From Eledone cirrhosa (lineage: Eukaryota): a DNA stretch of 64,000 bases. Position 1 is the stretch's first letter; each line of letters begins with the position of its first letter. The stretch covers positions 22,878,001 to 22,942,000 of the forward strand of contig OZ024747.1 in NCBI GenBank assembly GCA_964016885.1, in the 5' to 3' direction. The position numbers and the translations under genes are program-made. Shown here piece by piece: positions 1 to 12,682 of the stretch. Below the pieces are notes generated by a model. That model was not told the DNA's origin, searched no databases, and worked only from the letters and a program-made list of their open reading frames with translations.

Positions 1-1451
1 TCTGTTGCCAGTTGCAGTAGACCGCCTCGAGGAGACCGGAGAACAAGCCCGGCATCGCTACATAAAGTTCGTATGGTAGACCATCGAGACCCGGAGATTT
101 GCGTTTGCCGCATTGGCTCAGCGCTTCCCCTATTTCAGCGGCTGAAATCGGCCCCTCACAGGACTTCGCCTCCCCGTCCGAGAGCCGCGCCAGACCGTCG
201 AGGTATGGACCGAAATCCATGGCCCCACCCGGCCCGCCGCCCCTCCCGAACAGTCGTGCAAAGCGCCGTTGAAAGGCCGCGCTCATCCGCTCAGGTTCAA
301 GGATCACGCGTCCATCCTGGTCCTTCAAAGACCGAATCGTGGACTTGTTTCCACTTTTTGCCTCTGTCACTCGGGCCCAGCTAACATCTTTGGCTCCCTC
401 GTTACCCAGAGCACGTATTTTACTCCTGACAACGCAGCCCTCGTGCTTCGCATCAAAGAACTGGTGTAGGGCCGTTCTTGACGCCAGCACGCCGGCCACG
501 TTACCACTCCTAATCGCCTCTTCTACTCTATTTGTTAATTCCCTTTCAGTTCTATTCCTATCTGATGCTAATTCCCGACTAAAACCTATCGATTCTATTC
601 TAATTTCTCTCTTGAGAGAGCCCCACCACCTGTTGTTGACAATTGCCCTCGTCAAACGCTGCTTAACCGCTTACTGTAAGCTTTGTTTGTCGGTAAAGAC
701 AAGTTTAGCTTCCAGTAACCGGGTCCCTGTCTATGAGTTCTATCAAGGTTGACCACTCCGGTCACCAACTTGTGATCCGAATAGTCAACCATGAACATTC
801 GTGGACAGCTTAATATGTCCCTATCCTTATTTCTAACTAGGAACCTATCTAGGTACGACCTAGATGTTCCGCTGCGATTACTCTACGTCCACCGTGGCAC
901 AGTCGGAAAATCTAGTCGATATCTATCGGCCAGATCAAATCGGCCGATTAATCGTTTGAGGCTGTTACACCCCCTCTATCGGGACATGCCCCTACATAGT
1001 CCCAACGTGCATCCAGGATACCATTCCAGTCCCCCACTAAAAGCAAGGAGCGAGACGTTCCCGGGAAATTCTCCAGGCGTCGGAAGAAGTCCGGTCGCGG
1101 TGTCCCAGATGGGGCATACGCTGCCACCAGCCTGAAAGCTCCACCTTCACCACTGCCGACGTCTAAAACCACCAGTCGACCCTCCGGGTCCAGGTGTACC
1201 TTCTGTGTGGTAAGACCCAGGTATTTTCGCAGCAGAACGACAACCCCACCCCCACCCCTCGGCTGACAGAGAGATGCGTAGATCTCAAAGTCGTCGAAGA
1301 TGGGGGCCAGTTGGCGCTCGCTGCTGATCCTGGACTCGCAAATAACCATTACATCCACACTGTGCGACCTGAGGTCATTTAAGAGTTTGCCCTGTTTCCA
1401 GGACATCCCCAAGCCGCGTGCATTCACACATCCAACTCTTATATTGGCCAT
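1..1451 (-). pseudogene. LINE ORF2 N-terminus: apurinic-like endonuclease and linker, frameshifted
   Basis: MANIRVGCVNARGL, VMVICESR, DPEGRLVVL, YAPS, LVGDWN; after a frameshift near 950: YLDRFLV, DYSDHKLV and YWKLNLSL, typical of L1/Tx1 ORF2. Confidence 0.88.
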
Positions 1452-1493
1452 GTTGGTGTTGAAAAGGTAAAAAGGAAGAGGAAAGGAAATTAC

Positions 1494-3377
1494 TTACCTC
1501 TTCGTCTCCTGGGGACCAGGCTGCACAATTTCCATGGGGGTGTTGGAAGGGTTGTTTGGTGGGGTGGTGGTTTGTGGTGGGGTGAGGACATCAGTGTGTG
1601 GTGGGATTAGGGTGTTTGGTGGGGTGTGGGTGTCTGGTGTGGGGGTGGGGAAACATCTCAATAGGACGCTGTTATGTGGTTTGGTGCAGTTGGTCCCCAC
1701 ATGCATTAGATGGTTCTTTTTCAAAGTTACATAGGTTTCCGTTGGGACCCTAATCATCATTAGGTGCGGTTTGTTCGCTGCGTAGGTGAAAGTGATCCCT
1801 TCGGTTTCCACCGAAGGGTTATTTTCTATCGCTTTCATCAACGTTTTATTGTTCTTGTTAATGTATGTATAGAGTTTTTGTTGTGTTGTGTTTGTTTTTG
1901 TTTATTGTTCTTGTGCGTGTTTGCGTTTTGTAGTCCGTGTTATGTTTTGGGGAGGGGTGGGTTTTTTTATTTGTCATGTTTGTTCTGTTTGTGCTGGTGG
2001 TTGTGTGTTTGTGGCATTTTTGTTAATGTGGTGCCTTTTTTTTTCCTTTTCACCTGTTGAAAGGGTTCTCCCTCGTCGTCACTGTGTGACGTTGATACGG
2101 AGTCCTCTTCCGTGTTGTTGGGGAGGGGTATATTTTGGGGTTTTGTTGTGGTTGCTTTTGTATTTGTTTTAGGTGGGGAGGGGTTGGGTGGAACAGTGTT
2201 TTGTGTTGTTATTTTTCCGTGTTGTTGTGGTTGTTGTTGTTGTTGTTGTTGTGGTGGTGGTGGTGGTGGTTGTGTTGTTGTGTTCGGGGTTGGCAGAAAA
2301 GCCTTTTTTTTTGACTCGTTAATTGAGGACAGGCAGCCCTCAGGTGACCCCTCCTTAAGCAGTGGTAACATGACGGCCGCCTTTCCTCCACTGAAATGTT
2401 TATATAAGTTAGCCCGTCCAGAGGCACGCGTTGTGGGATATTCGCTATTCGTTCTGGGCTCATTTGCACCAGAACTTCTACGGTGGTCCCACCAAATACA
2501 CCTCCGGAGGACTTTCCTATTGAAATTATCTTGTCTTCGTCAAAGTTAATTATTCCACATAGTATCCACCAAATATTTACATTTGGTGTGATACTCATTA
2601 TTTTTATTCTTTGTGTCCTTTTCCCCTGTATGTGGGGTAAAAGGTGAAGCGGGGGGACACAATGGGTGCTACCGAGTACTTTTGAGCTGTTGACTGGTTG
2701 TTCATTAGCACCGAAATGCTACTAAACAGTTTACCTTTTTGTATGAAGGTTAAGTTCTTCATTGCATCTTTTAGAACCAGCTCAATTTCCTTTTGTGATA
2801 ATTGAGCTGGTTTTCTTGTTTCGTTCGATATTGTCCTGAAAACCACAGTTTTCAGGACAGCCTCTCTACGTAATTCCTGTGGAGAATTGATGCTAAAAGG
2901 ACCGTTTTCGCCAAAAGTCACGAATTGTTTTGCGTCTTGTAATAGTTGTTTAGCATTTGTTATGTCTATTGGCGTGTATAGTTCGTTTTTTTTTACGGTC
3001 TGTGCTAATGTTGTTTTGGTGTTGTTGTCTTTTTTGTTACTGTCACTGTTGGTAATATTAGTGTTGCTATTGTTGCAGTTGTTGGTTGTGGTGTTATTTT
3101 CATTGTTCTTGTTGTTGGTGCTGGTATTATTTACCGGGTTTGGTTTCGTGGTTTCGATATTTTTCACGTTTTTCGATGATGCGAGGGGGAATAAACTCAC
3201 AGTTTTTTGACAACAATCCGTAAAAATCCGGAGCAAAGTAATCACGTCTATATCAAGTGGTAATTGATATAGAGAAGGGGATTGAAAGAGAGTTCCGTAT
3301 GGTAGGTACAGAGAGGGGGAGAGTGAGAAGAGTGTGAACGGGGAAAATGAGAAAAAAGGGGAGAAAAAAACGCGCAT
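1494..3377 (-). pseudogene. LINE ORF1 (gag-like nucleic-acid chaperone) broken into 4 ORF pieces
   Basis: ORF pieces 2604-3377, 2209-2598 (CYHCLRRGHLRAAC = CX2CX4HX4C), 1967-2371 (FQQVKRKKK) and 1494-1841 lie directly upstream of ORF2. Confidence 0.7.
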
Positions 3378-3506
3378 ATACAGTCAGCCATTTTGGATAT
3401 ATATATATATACATATATGTGTGTGTGTGTGTGATATAACAACACAAAAAGGTACAGTATATAGAAGGAATATATTAGTTTGACGCTTGAAATAGCAGGA
3501 GGAGGG

Positions 3507-3542
3507 TCTTAACGTTTCGGACACTAGTCCTTCGCCAGAAGA
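3507..3542 (-). ncRNA. Minimal type I hammerhead ribozyme motif (PLE-type, variant core)
   Basis: Minus strand: TCTT-CTGGCGA-A-GGAC-TAGT-GTCC-GAAA-CG-TT-AAGA; stems I and II pair; core has A6>G. Confidence 0.6.
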
Positions 3543-3596
3543 AAGAATGAGAAATAAGAAAGATTGAAGGGACGTGCAGGGCGGAATGGAGAAATG

Positions 3597-3634
<38 letters not shown>

Positions 3635-3639
<5 letters not shown>

Positions 3640-3833
3640 AACGAGTAGGACCCCGACGGCTGAGCTCAAGCCGTTTCGACGGCTAATTCTGGTTAGTCCA
3701 GAATTAGCCGTCGAAACGGCTTGAGCTCAGCCGTCGGGGTCCTACTCGTTCCTATTACCCACTCTACTACCCTAAGTATTGAGTACTTTGGTGCGTTATG
3801 GTCCATCTGGTTCCTTACCACATTTCCTTTGCC
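3635..3833 (+). mobile_element. Palindromic TA-embedded element, family A copy 1 (probable PLE terminus)
   Basis: 58-bp inverted arms 3635-3692 / 3698-3755 plus a unique tail; near-identical to 35892-36099 and related to 52929-53186. Confidence 0.75.
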
Positions 3834-3902
3834 ATATATATATATATTCCGATTCCGCCCTGCCAGCCCCTTCAATCTTTGGCTTCTGCCTCTCTCTCTC
3901 TC

Positions 3903-3947
<45 letters not shown>

Positions 3948-4390
3948 GTTATTACTATTTTATATAGTTACATGAAGCAGAAATCAACTCAATTATTAGA
4001 GGCAAGCACCCATATGCACACTTCACAATCACTCCGTACGAAGGGCAGTATAAAATCTGCCTCTACTTTGACTATATTTAATGTATTATACAGCTGAACT
4101 CACGGCACGTGGTATCTTTACTCTCCGTACTATATGGAACCCGAAAGTCTGCGGATATTCTACATGTTTATACAGCAAAATAGTATCAATTTACTGAATT
4201 ATACACTAGATATCATGCATTAAATTAACATTTTTATAATGAATTGGAATTAATTTGCTATTCATATTTAATTATTAATACTTATAGTTTTAGCTTGGTT
4301 TGCCTGCCCTTACAACAAATCAGCGATATATATATATATATATATATACATATTATATGATATACACTATACACACATATCTAAACGCCT

Positions 4391-4442
<52 letters not shown>

Positions 4443-4476
4443 GATATACACTATACACACATATCTAAACGCCTAT

Positions 4477-4522
<46 letters not shown>

Positions 4523-4523
4523 A

Positions 4524-4631
<108 letters not shown>

Positions 4632-4839
4632 GTATATATATATATATAAATATTATATATATATATAGGCGTTTAGATATGTGTATATATATATATATAT
4701 GTATATGCATATATGCGTGTGTATGTGTGTGTATATGTACATATGTTATATATCATATATGATGCACAAACAAATCTATACGCCTGTTCATATATATATA
4801 TATATATTTATCTACATATATGTATGTGCATTTACATAT

Positions 4840-4873
<34 letters not shown>

Positions 4874-4902
4874 GTGAGAGAGAGAGAGAGGGTGTTTACA
4901 TG

Positions 4903-4949
<47 letters not shown>

Positions 4950-5466
4950 ACAAACGATTAGATTGTTTGTCTATGTATTTATTATACCAGAGAGTTTTAG
5001 AAATTGAAACAAATAGCAGCAAAAAAAAAAAAAAAAATACCCCCCCCCCCCCTCCAAAAAACACAAAAAAAAACGAAAAAATAAATCGAAAAAACAAACA
5101 AACAAACATAAATATACACGTATATTAAATAAATATTTGAAACAACAACAACGACAAAAACAACAACAACAACAACAATAACAAAATAAAGCTCATAACG
5201 ACCAGAGTAGAAGCGGATAATTTGAGAAGGCAAGCTGAGACTATGTTCTTTACATTGGGTCTTCAAATACTTAAGATACATAATGTTCACATTAGGGGGT
5301 TCGACCCATATTTTCCCCCGTCTTTAAACCAGTGAGAAGAAAATGAAATCAAACATGAGGAATTTTTTCAAGAAAAAGAAAACTCTTTAAACAGGAGAAC
5401 CCGGATGCGTGCGTACGAGTGTCGAGTGTAAGTGTGTTTGTGTGTGTTAATGTGTGTTCGTATAAG

Positions 5467-5504
<38 letters not shown>

Positions 5505-5507
5505 TGC

Positions 5508-5551
<44 letters not shown>

Positions 5552-6203
5552 GTGTGTGTGTGGTGGGTGTGTGTGCGTGTATGTGTGTATGTGCGTATAT
5601 ATCTATCTATCTAACTACCGCTCTCTCTCTCTCTCTCTCTATCTATCTATATATATATGTATATATGTGTATGCGTATGTATATAAATATATGTATATGT
5701 ATCTGTGTGTGTGTATTTGTTTGTGTGTGTATTTGTGTGTGTATTTGTGTGTGTGTGTGTGAACACACGTGCGTCATTCGAACAACCTACGAAGTAACCC
5801 TACCTTCAACTTCACTAATTTCACACGTAGATCCGGGTAAATTAGTAAATAAGAACAAAGACGACAAACCCCACGGGTCGTCAGGGTACAAACATATATC
5901 TAACGGGTGGGGGCCAACTAGTCTATGTGACGTGATTCAAAGTGAACATGGCACGCTAATGAAACACCCGTCAATTTTACTATACTCCATCTGTTAACAG
6001 TGCAGTAGGGTGCATTATATTTACAACCTTTTGTTTTTCGTTTCTTGTGTTAGCAACTAGGACGGGTGGGGATAGTTCTCGAGACCCTTTTCGGAGTCTT
6101 CGAGACTGGTGGAAGTTAGGGTGGAAGGAAGGTATCTTGAATTCTAAGAGAGGACTCACACTTTTGTAACAGAGTGGACTCCATTAAATGTCCCCACGAG
6201 TCA

Positions 6204-6390
6204 AGGCGGTGGATTGGCAGTATCGGTAGAGGTTCGGACGCCATGCTTTGACGCATAGAGTTACGGCCCTTGCCATTCTGAGTTCAAATCCCGCCGAGGT
6301 TAACTTTGCCTTTCATCCTTACGGGGTCGATAAAATAAAGTACCAGTAATGTACTGGGTAATTTCTGGCTTTGTGCCAATAGTAGAAACA
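6204..6390 (+). mobile_element. tRNA-derived SINE (short family) with 21-bp TSD
   Basis: Head GGCGGTGGATTGGCAG, B box GAGTTCAAATCC, tail AGTAGAAACAATT; TSD ATTAAATGTCCCCACGAGTCA at 6183-6203 and 6391-6411. Confidence 0.9.
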
Positions 6391-6686
6391 ATTAAATGTC
6401 CCCACGAGTCATGAGGCGGTGTTAAATCGAGCGACGGAATCAATCAACCGTTCAAGTAATCTACGGCAGGGTTTGAACTTAGAACGCAAACAAATATTGA
6501 ACAAATGCCGCGAAGTATCTTGTCCAATGCTCTAACAATTCTACCAATGGTCTGGTACTTCATTTTATCGAACCCGAATCCAGAAAAATACCACAAGGTA
6601 TATCGTCCTACGTTCTAATGATTTGCCACTTAAATCTGGCTAGCCGTGGTTATATTTCATTTTACAGACATGGTGCTGGGCTTTAA

Positions 6687-6924
6687 CCCTTTCGTTACCA
6701 TATTTCTAATGAAATAAAATATATCTGAATTAATTAATGAAGAATTTGAAGGGATTTACTAAAATTATTAGTTATTTCATTATTAAAATGGTATTTATAA
6801 CATAACAAAAGGTTCTTATATCGAATTATGTTGAAAGAGTTTAATTTATATATGAACCCTTTAAAATGAATGGCTTTCTTTCATAGAACCAGAGGCGATT
6901 TGGGGCAGGTTGGTATCAAAAGGG
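6687..6924. mobile_element. piggyBac-type MITE
   Basis: TTAA on both sides; TIRs CCCTTTCGTTACCA / TGGTATCAAAAGGG. Confidence 0.8.
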
Positions 6925-7080
6925 TTAAACCATCTTTTCTTCAGTAGGTAGGATGGCAGCCTATTGTTTCAGGCCTTCTGTGACACAGTGACTTCATTAT
7001 AACATTCATGCAATAGTGTAGTTAGTGCGCCGCCCGGCGTACCCCTTGTGACACGCCGCTACATCCGGCCCCTCTTAAAG

Positions 7081-7132
<52 letters not shown>

Positions 7133-7355
7133 GACCAAAAGTGTCACCCGGAGTTGATTACCCCCCCCCCCCCCCCAGCTACATAACTGCATTCGTGTAT
7201 GGTAAACAACCAATACAATGCGCCCCTCTCAACTGCAGGATGATGGTAAACATCCGGCATGGCAATTCTGATGCATAGACACAGATTGAGGAAGAAATAT
7301 ATACATGCATATGTGTGTACACACACACACATATATGTGTACATGCACACACACA

Positions 7356-7443
<88 letters not shown>

Positions 7444-7459
7444 TGTGTATATATATATA

Positions 7460-7981
7460 CAGTGTAAACCGGTATTCGCGGTCCCTGTTATTTGCAGAAT
7501 AACTAATGATTGTTCGTGGAAACCACCGCATTATTCGCGGAATCGTAAATATCTTCCGCAATTTATTTTATGGCTTTTTTCGTGGCAATAACGCTAAGGC
7601 GGTGGAATGGCAGTATCGGTAGAGGGTCGGACGCCATGCTTTGACCTATAGAGTTACCTCCCTTTATGATCTGAGTTCAAATCCCGCCGAGGTTAACTTT
7701 GCCTTTCATCCTTACGGGGTCGATAAAATAAAGTACCAGTAATGCACTGGATGATTGCTGGCCTTGTGCCTAAAGTAGAAACAAATATTATTAACGCTAA
7801 ATTATTAATAACAATATTTGCTGGCCTATTGACAAGACGGTCACTCTTTTTTTAAATTACATTTTACCATATATTTTGACGTTTATAGGCATGTTTATGG
7901 ATCACGTCCAATATTCGCGGTTTTTTTACTCATCGCGTGTGTTCTAGGAACGTAATCCCCGCGAATACCAGGGGACAACTG
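7460..7981. mobile_element. pogo/Tigger-like MITE interrupted by a SINE (about 7598-7790)
   Basis: TA-CAGTG...GGGGACAACTG ends; homologous to 9598-9942; inner SINE flanked by TAACGCTAA. Confidence 0.75.
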
Positions 7982-8130
7982 TGTGTATATCTATCTATCT
8001 AGGGCGGGTAAAATTCCCGAGGTCCATGGACAAGTTCTCTCCAGAGGTCTTTGTCCCTCATCATCGCCGCCATATCCTGCGTCTCGAAGAGACCTGTCTG
8101 TCCTTAGGGCATCACCATATTTATATATAT

Positions 8131-8181
<51 letters not shown>

Positions 8182-8876
8182 CACACATACACACGCACGC
8201 ACATGCACTCGCATATGTATATAGAGAGAGAGGCGAGGGGCAAGCAGACAGAACCCCTCCCCCAGACAAATAGATAGATCTATATAGACGGAACAGAACT
8301 GACACACGGAGAGACTTTGAGACAGACAGTCAGTGAAAAAGACAGGCAGTGAACAGACAGACAGCAGACAGACTGACAGGTAGGTAGGTAATTGCGAACT
8401 CACTGTGTATTTTCACTGCAATGAGCAATCATTTTCAATCTAGATACACAGGGTTACGTTTGTGCCTGATTACTCACAAATATTTATTAGATACAGCGGA
8501 AGTTTCAGTGGGACGAACCTATCCTCATGTCCTCTATCTTACGCGTTTCTAGATAGCCCCTAGGAGATTCATGTTCTGAAACCAAACAGTCAGGTCACAA
8601 TGTACCGAAATACATTTAACACAGGGGAGAGAAGGAGTGGAGAAGAATCGGGGGAGACGAGAGATGCTGAAATCTAGCTTTCAGCTACATTTTTCTCATT
8701 AGCTTCTGTAACAAAGATGGTATAAATACGAGTATGAGTGAAAATCTATCCACGTACGTATATAGAGATGGTCTAACTGTTTTTGGTTGTTTTTTCGACC
8801 TAGAGCTGACATTTGATCAAAGGCGTTCCATGTGTGGCTATACCATAATTTTTCCCCCGATAGCATAGCTAGAACG

Positions 8877-9170
8877 ACGGCAGCGAACTGGCAGTCGTTT
8901 GAACGTTGCTCTCAGTTCAAAACGCATCGTAGTCTACTTTGTCTTTTATCCTTTCAAGGTCAATAAAATATGTATCAGTTTAGTACTGGGATCGATTCTT
9001 CCTTTATATCTCTGTCTCACTTCCTCTCTATCACTTTCTTTCCTTCTCTGAAAGAAATCGGTTGTTCAGACTTAGAGAGGAATGGGTCACGCCGGGTTTA
9101 AAATGCCCAAGACGTGCCATATGTCACTACGGCGCCTCTACGACACCATCAGAAGTTACGGGTCCATACA
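8877..9170 (+). mobile_element. Old composite SINE (degenerate tRNA head + distinct 3' part); second copy at about 55903-56250
   Basis: TATATCT..TCTCACTTCCTCTCTATCAC...CTACGGCG...CCATAC is shared by both loci, each time after a degenerate SINE head. Confidence 0.5.
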
Positions 9171-9181
9171 TACATATCTAT

Positions 9182-9569
9182 ATGGTGGCTGCCAACTCGT
9201 TTTCGAGTATGGCCACTACTTTATATCCATGTAGGAGAACCCCTACCGATGCGCTGAACGAGTGTGACTTTTTAGTCCAGCCAGCGATTTGAAAACTCTG
9301 GTACAAACACTACACTTGTGACAATTATTGACACATAGTGCTGGGCCCATGGTACCATGTGACGACAAGTGCAGAGAGATCTCCAGATATAAAGCAATGC
9401 CTGTGCCGTGAAGCTTTTATAGTGAGCAAAGGCACTGCACAAAGCCAGTCCCACTCTCTTAACCAAGATGATATTTACCAAAAAAAAGAACAAGTCAACA
9501 TCATTGGATACCATCAGGGTTGCAGGTGTTATATCAGAGTTTTCCTTCTCCTAGAATTCTGCCTTGACA
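9182..9569 (-). mobile_element. Non-autonomous retroelement (RTE-related?), near-identical inverted copy at 22184-22567
   Basis: About 385 bp of near-identity to 22184-22567; diverged relatives at about 49768-50237 and 57858-58525. Confidence 0.7.
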
Positions 9570-9597
9570 TATCTATATACCTACATACAGACATATA

Positions 9598-9942
9598 CAG
9601 TGTACCCCTATCATTCGCGGTCCCGGTTATTCGCGGAATTTTCTTTAAAACCTAACTAATAATTGTTCGTGAAAAGCACCGCATATTCGCAGAATCGTAA
9701 ATATCTTTCGCGATTTTTTATGGCTTTTTCGTCGCAATATGTATATTTTTACCGCTAAATTATTAACAACAATATACCGTATTTGCCGGTCTATTGGATG
9801 CCCCTTCGCATATTCCTCTTTTTCATAAAATTATATTTTAAGGTTATAGGCATTTTTGTGGACCACATCCAATATTCGCGGTTTTTCACCCCTTCGCGGG
9901 TGCTCTAGTTACGTAACACCCGCGAGTACCGGGGGACAACTG
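9598..9942. mobile_element. pogo/Tigger-like MITE
   Basis: TA TSD on both sides; ends CAGTGTACCCC / GGGGACAACTG. Confidence 0.78.
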
Positions 9943-10109
9943 TATTCTGTCTAATTAGATATTTTCATTGATGCAATTATTATAAATGCTGGCAACATTT
10001 ACAATTCTTTTGACTATCGTTTTGTTTTTTTATTAAGAATTTTAAATGAATATTGTAAATTATTAGAAGTAACTCTTTATAAAATGACTGATACTAACAT
10101 AGGACAATT

Positions 10110-10590
10110 GTTTCTACTTTAGGCCAGTAATTTGAAGGGGAGGGGAAAGTCGATTAAATCGACCCCAGTGAATTACTGGTGCTTTAACATAAGAAATATA
10201 ATTGTTTCTACTTTTTGGCACAAGGCCAGCAATTATCTCAGTGCATGACTGGTACTTTATTTTATCGACCCCGTAAGGATGAAAGGCAAAGTTAACCTCG
10301 GTGGGATTTGAACTCAGATCATAAAGGGCCGTAACTCGTTGCTGCAAAGCATGGCGTCCTACTCTCTACCGATACTGCCAATCCACTAAGAAATATAATT
10401 GTTTCTACTTTAAACACAAGGCCAGCAAATACCCAGTGCATTACTGGTACTTTATTTTATCGACCCCGTAAGGATGAAAGGCAAAGTCAACCTCGGCGGG
10501 ATTTGAACTCAGACCATAAAGGGACGTAACTATACTGCAAAGCATGGCGTCCGACCCTCTACCGATACTGCCAATCCACCGCCAATCCAG
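10110..10590 (-). mobile_element. Cluster of short-family SINEs (one 3' fragment + two full copies in tandem)
   Basis: Reverse-complement SINE matches at about 10110-10185, 10200-10387 and 10397-10583; TAAGAAATATAAT occurs three times at the junctions. Confidence 0.88.
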
Positions 10591-10732
10591 TAAGAAATAT
10601 AATGGCTGACGAAAGTTCTTTGTTCGATAAGAAATGAACAAATAATTACTTTTCTCATTGAAGTAAATGTAAAGTGTGTGTGAGCGTGTGTATATGTGTG
10701 TGCATGTCTATGTGTGTGTGGGTGTGTACGTC

Positions 10733-10763
<31 letters not shown>

Positions 10764-12128
10764 GTATGAATGTGCATGTGTGTGTGTGTTTGTGTTTGTC
10801 TGTGTGTATGTGTATGCGTGTGTGTGTGTGCGTGTGTATGTGTATGTGTGTGTTTGTGTGTTTGTGTTTGTCTGTGTGTATGCGTGTATGTGCGTGCGTG
10901 TGTATGTGTATGTGTGTGTGTATCTATGTGTGTGTGTGTGCGTCTGTATGTGTGTGTTTGTGTGTTTGTGTGTTTGTCTGTGCGTGTGTGTGTGTATCTA
11001 TGTGTTTGTAAGTGTGTGTGTTTGTGTTTGTGTGTGTCACGGAAATTTTAAACCTGAAGGGGCCATCTCTTCTCCAGGATCAGACAAAATATCTGCCCCA
11101 GATATACTGAGGTGAAGCAGATGCTAATTGACTATAATAAAAATGCGATTTTTATGTCATCACTTCGTAAGTATTCCGACTCCTGATTAATATCACGAGA
11201 CAAGCATTAAGGCTAAAAGAAATGTGTTTACGTCTAACGGATGGGTGTTGGACGTGACTTATATTAAATTACTGTTTTTGTCTTAAGGTTTAAATTTATA
11301 ATTTTTCATGTTTTATTTTTTTTGAAAACTTTTTTTTTAGAACTTTAAATCATAGGTAATGATCGAAAGAATACGAGTGGCCAAATGGGGTTCCTCCAAA
11401 TAGTCTATGGAGAAACGTTAATTGATATGGTGCTTAGCTCATGATCGGGTGGGCGTCCTCCAGATAGAACCGCAACTTCTCTGAGTAGAGAGATAACAGC
11501 TCCGATACTACGAGCATGTGGTTAGAATGTCTCAGGAAAGAATCGCAGGAAAGATTTTACGGGCAAAAACCAATCGGCAGGAGACGAAGAAATAGACTAC
11601 TAGCAAAATAGTTAGATAACATCTATAAGTTCGGTTGGTCTCACTTAATGGTCCAGCAGGATCAATTGGAGACTCTATGGAATGCGTGACGGAGTTCCCT
11701 GTCCCCCATCCCATCCCACCCCACCCACCCCAAAGAATTAATGAGCAAAGAGGATCTTTGTCAGCGAGTGGCTTCAAATCTGAATAGTCGTTCTTCGCCG
11801 TTGTGGTTGTTGAAGTTGCGGTTGCTTTAAAGGAAAATTCAAATATATATATATCGTAAGTTGGATTTCGAATTCATAGAAACCTATCGGACGTATTGCA
11901 AAATATCGTTCGATTTGTCCAGGTCTGTTATCTAACCTGATTAGTTTTTTCGTTGCTTTTGGTATTGTGTGGCTAGGTTTACCTACCGCAATTTTCAATT
12001 TGTCAAGCTGTCTAAACGCATGTTATTACTCTAAGGCCTGCAACCTTATTGAGTGCTTTGCTGCTTATTCCTAACTGTAGGTCGTTAGCTTGGCCACCGC
12101 CAAAGCTTCGATTTTACTAAGCTTCCAC

Positions 12129-12162
<34 letters not shown>

Positions 12163-12170
<8 letters not shown>

Positions 12171-12350
12171 AATGGCTTCTAGAGGACTAGAATTGTTTCA
12201 TTCGAAGGAAATCGTCAGGAAAAGCCTGATGATTTCCTTCGAATGAAACAGTTCTAGTCCTGTAGAAGCTATTTCTATATTAAATATTTATACTCTGCTA
12301 TGTATTGAGTACATTACTTACTGTCGTTACCCCCTGAGTGAACCGGGGAT
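12163..12350 (+). mobile_element. Palindromic TA-flanked island with hammerhead core (family B)
   Basis: Inverted arms 12163-12219 / 12225-12281; CTGATGA-T-TTC-CTTC-GAA-T-GAAA at 12226-12248; the left arm reads CTGACGA. Confidence 0.65.
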
Positions 12351-12466
12351 ACACGCATACACACACACGTGTGTGTATATGTGTGTATATTTAGATATAT
12401 ATGTTAAATAACATATATATGATTTTTTAACTCTAATATCATTACTATTATTATAAATGAACTTGT

Positions 12467-12682
12467 GGCGGTGGATTGGCAGAATCGGTAGAGGGTCCGA
12501 CGCTATGCTTTGCAGCATAGAGTTACCTCCCTTTATAATCTGAATTCAAATCCCGCCGAGGTTAACTTTGCCTTTCATCCTTGCGGGGTCGATAAAATAA
12601 AGTACCAGTAACGCACTGGGGTCCATTTAATCGACTTTCCACTCCCCCAAAATTGCTGGCCTTGTGCCTATATAAGAAACCA
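12467..12682 (+). mobile_element. tRNA-derived SINE (short family)
   Basis: Consensus head, B box and tail; imperfect TSD ATTATAAA.G.ACTT. Confidence 0.88.

Larger units (their letters stand above)
1..3440 (-). mobile_element. L1/Tx1-clade non-LTR retrotransposon, 5' part (ORF1 + start of ORF2), degraded, runs off the window start
   Basis: ORF1 pieces with a CCHC knuckle followed by an APE endonuclease ORF2 start; several stops and frameshifts; 5' boundary approximate. Confidence 0.85.
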
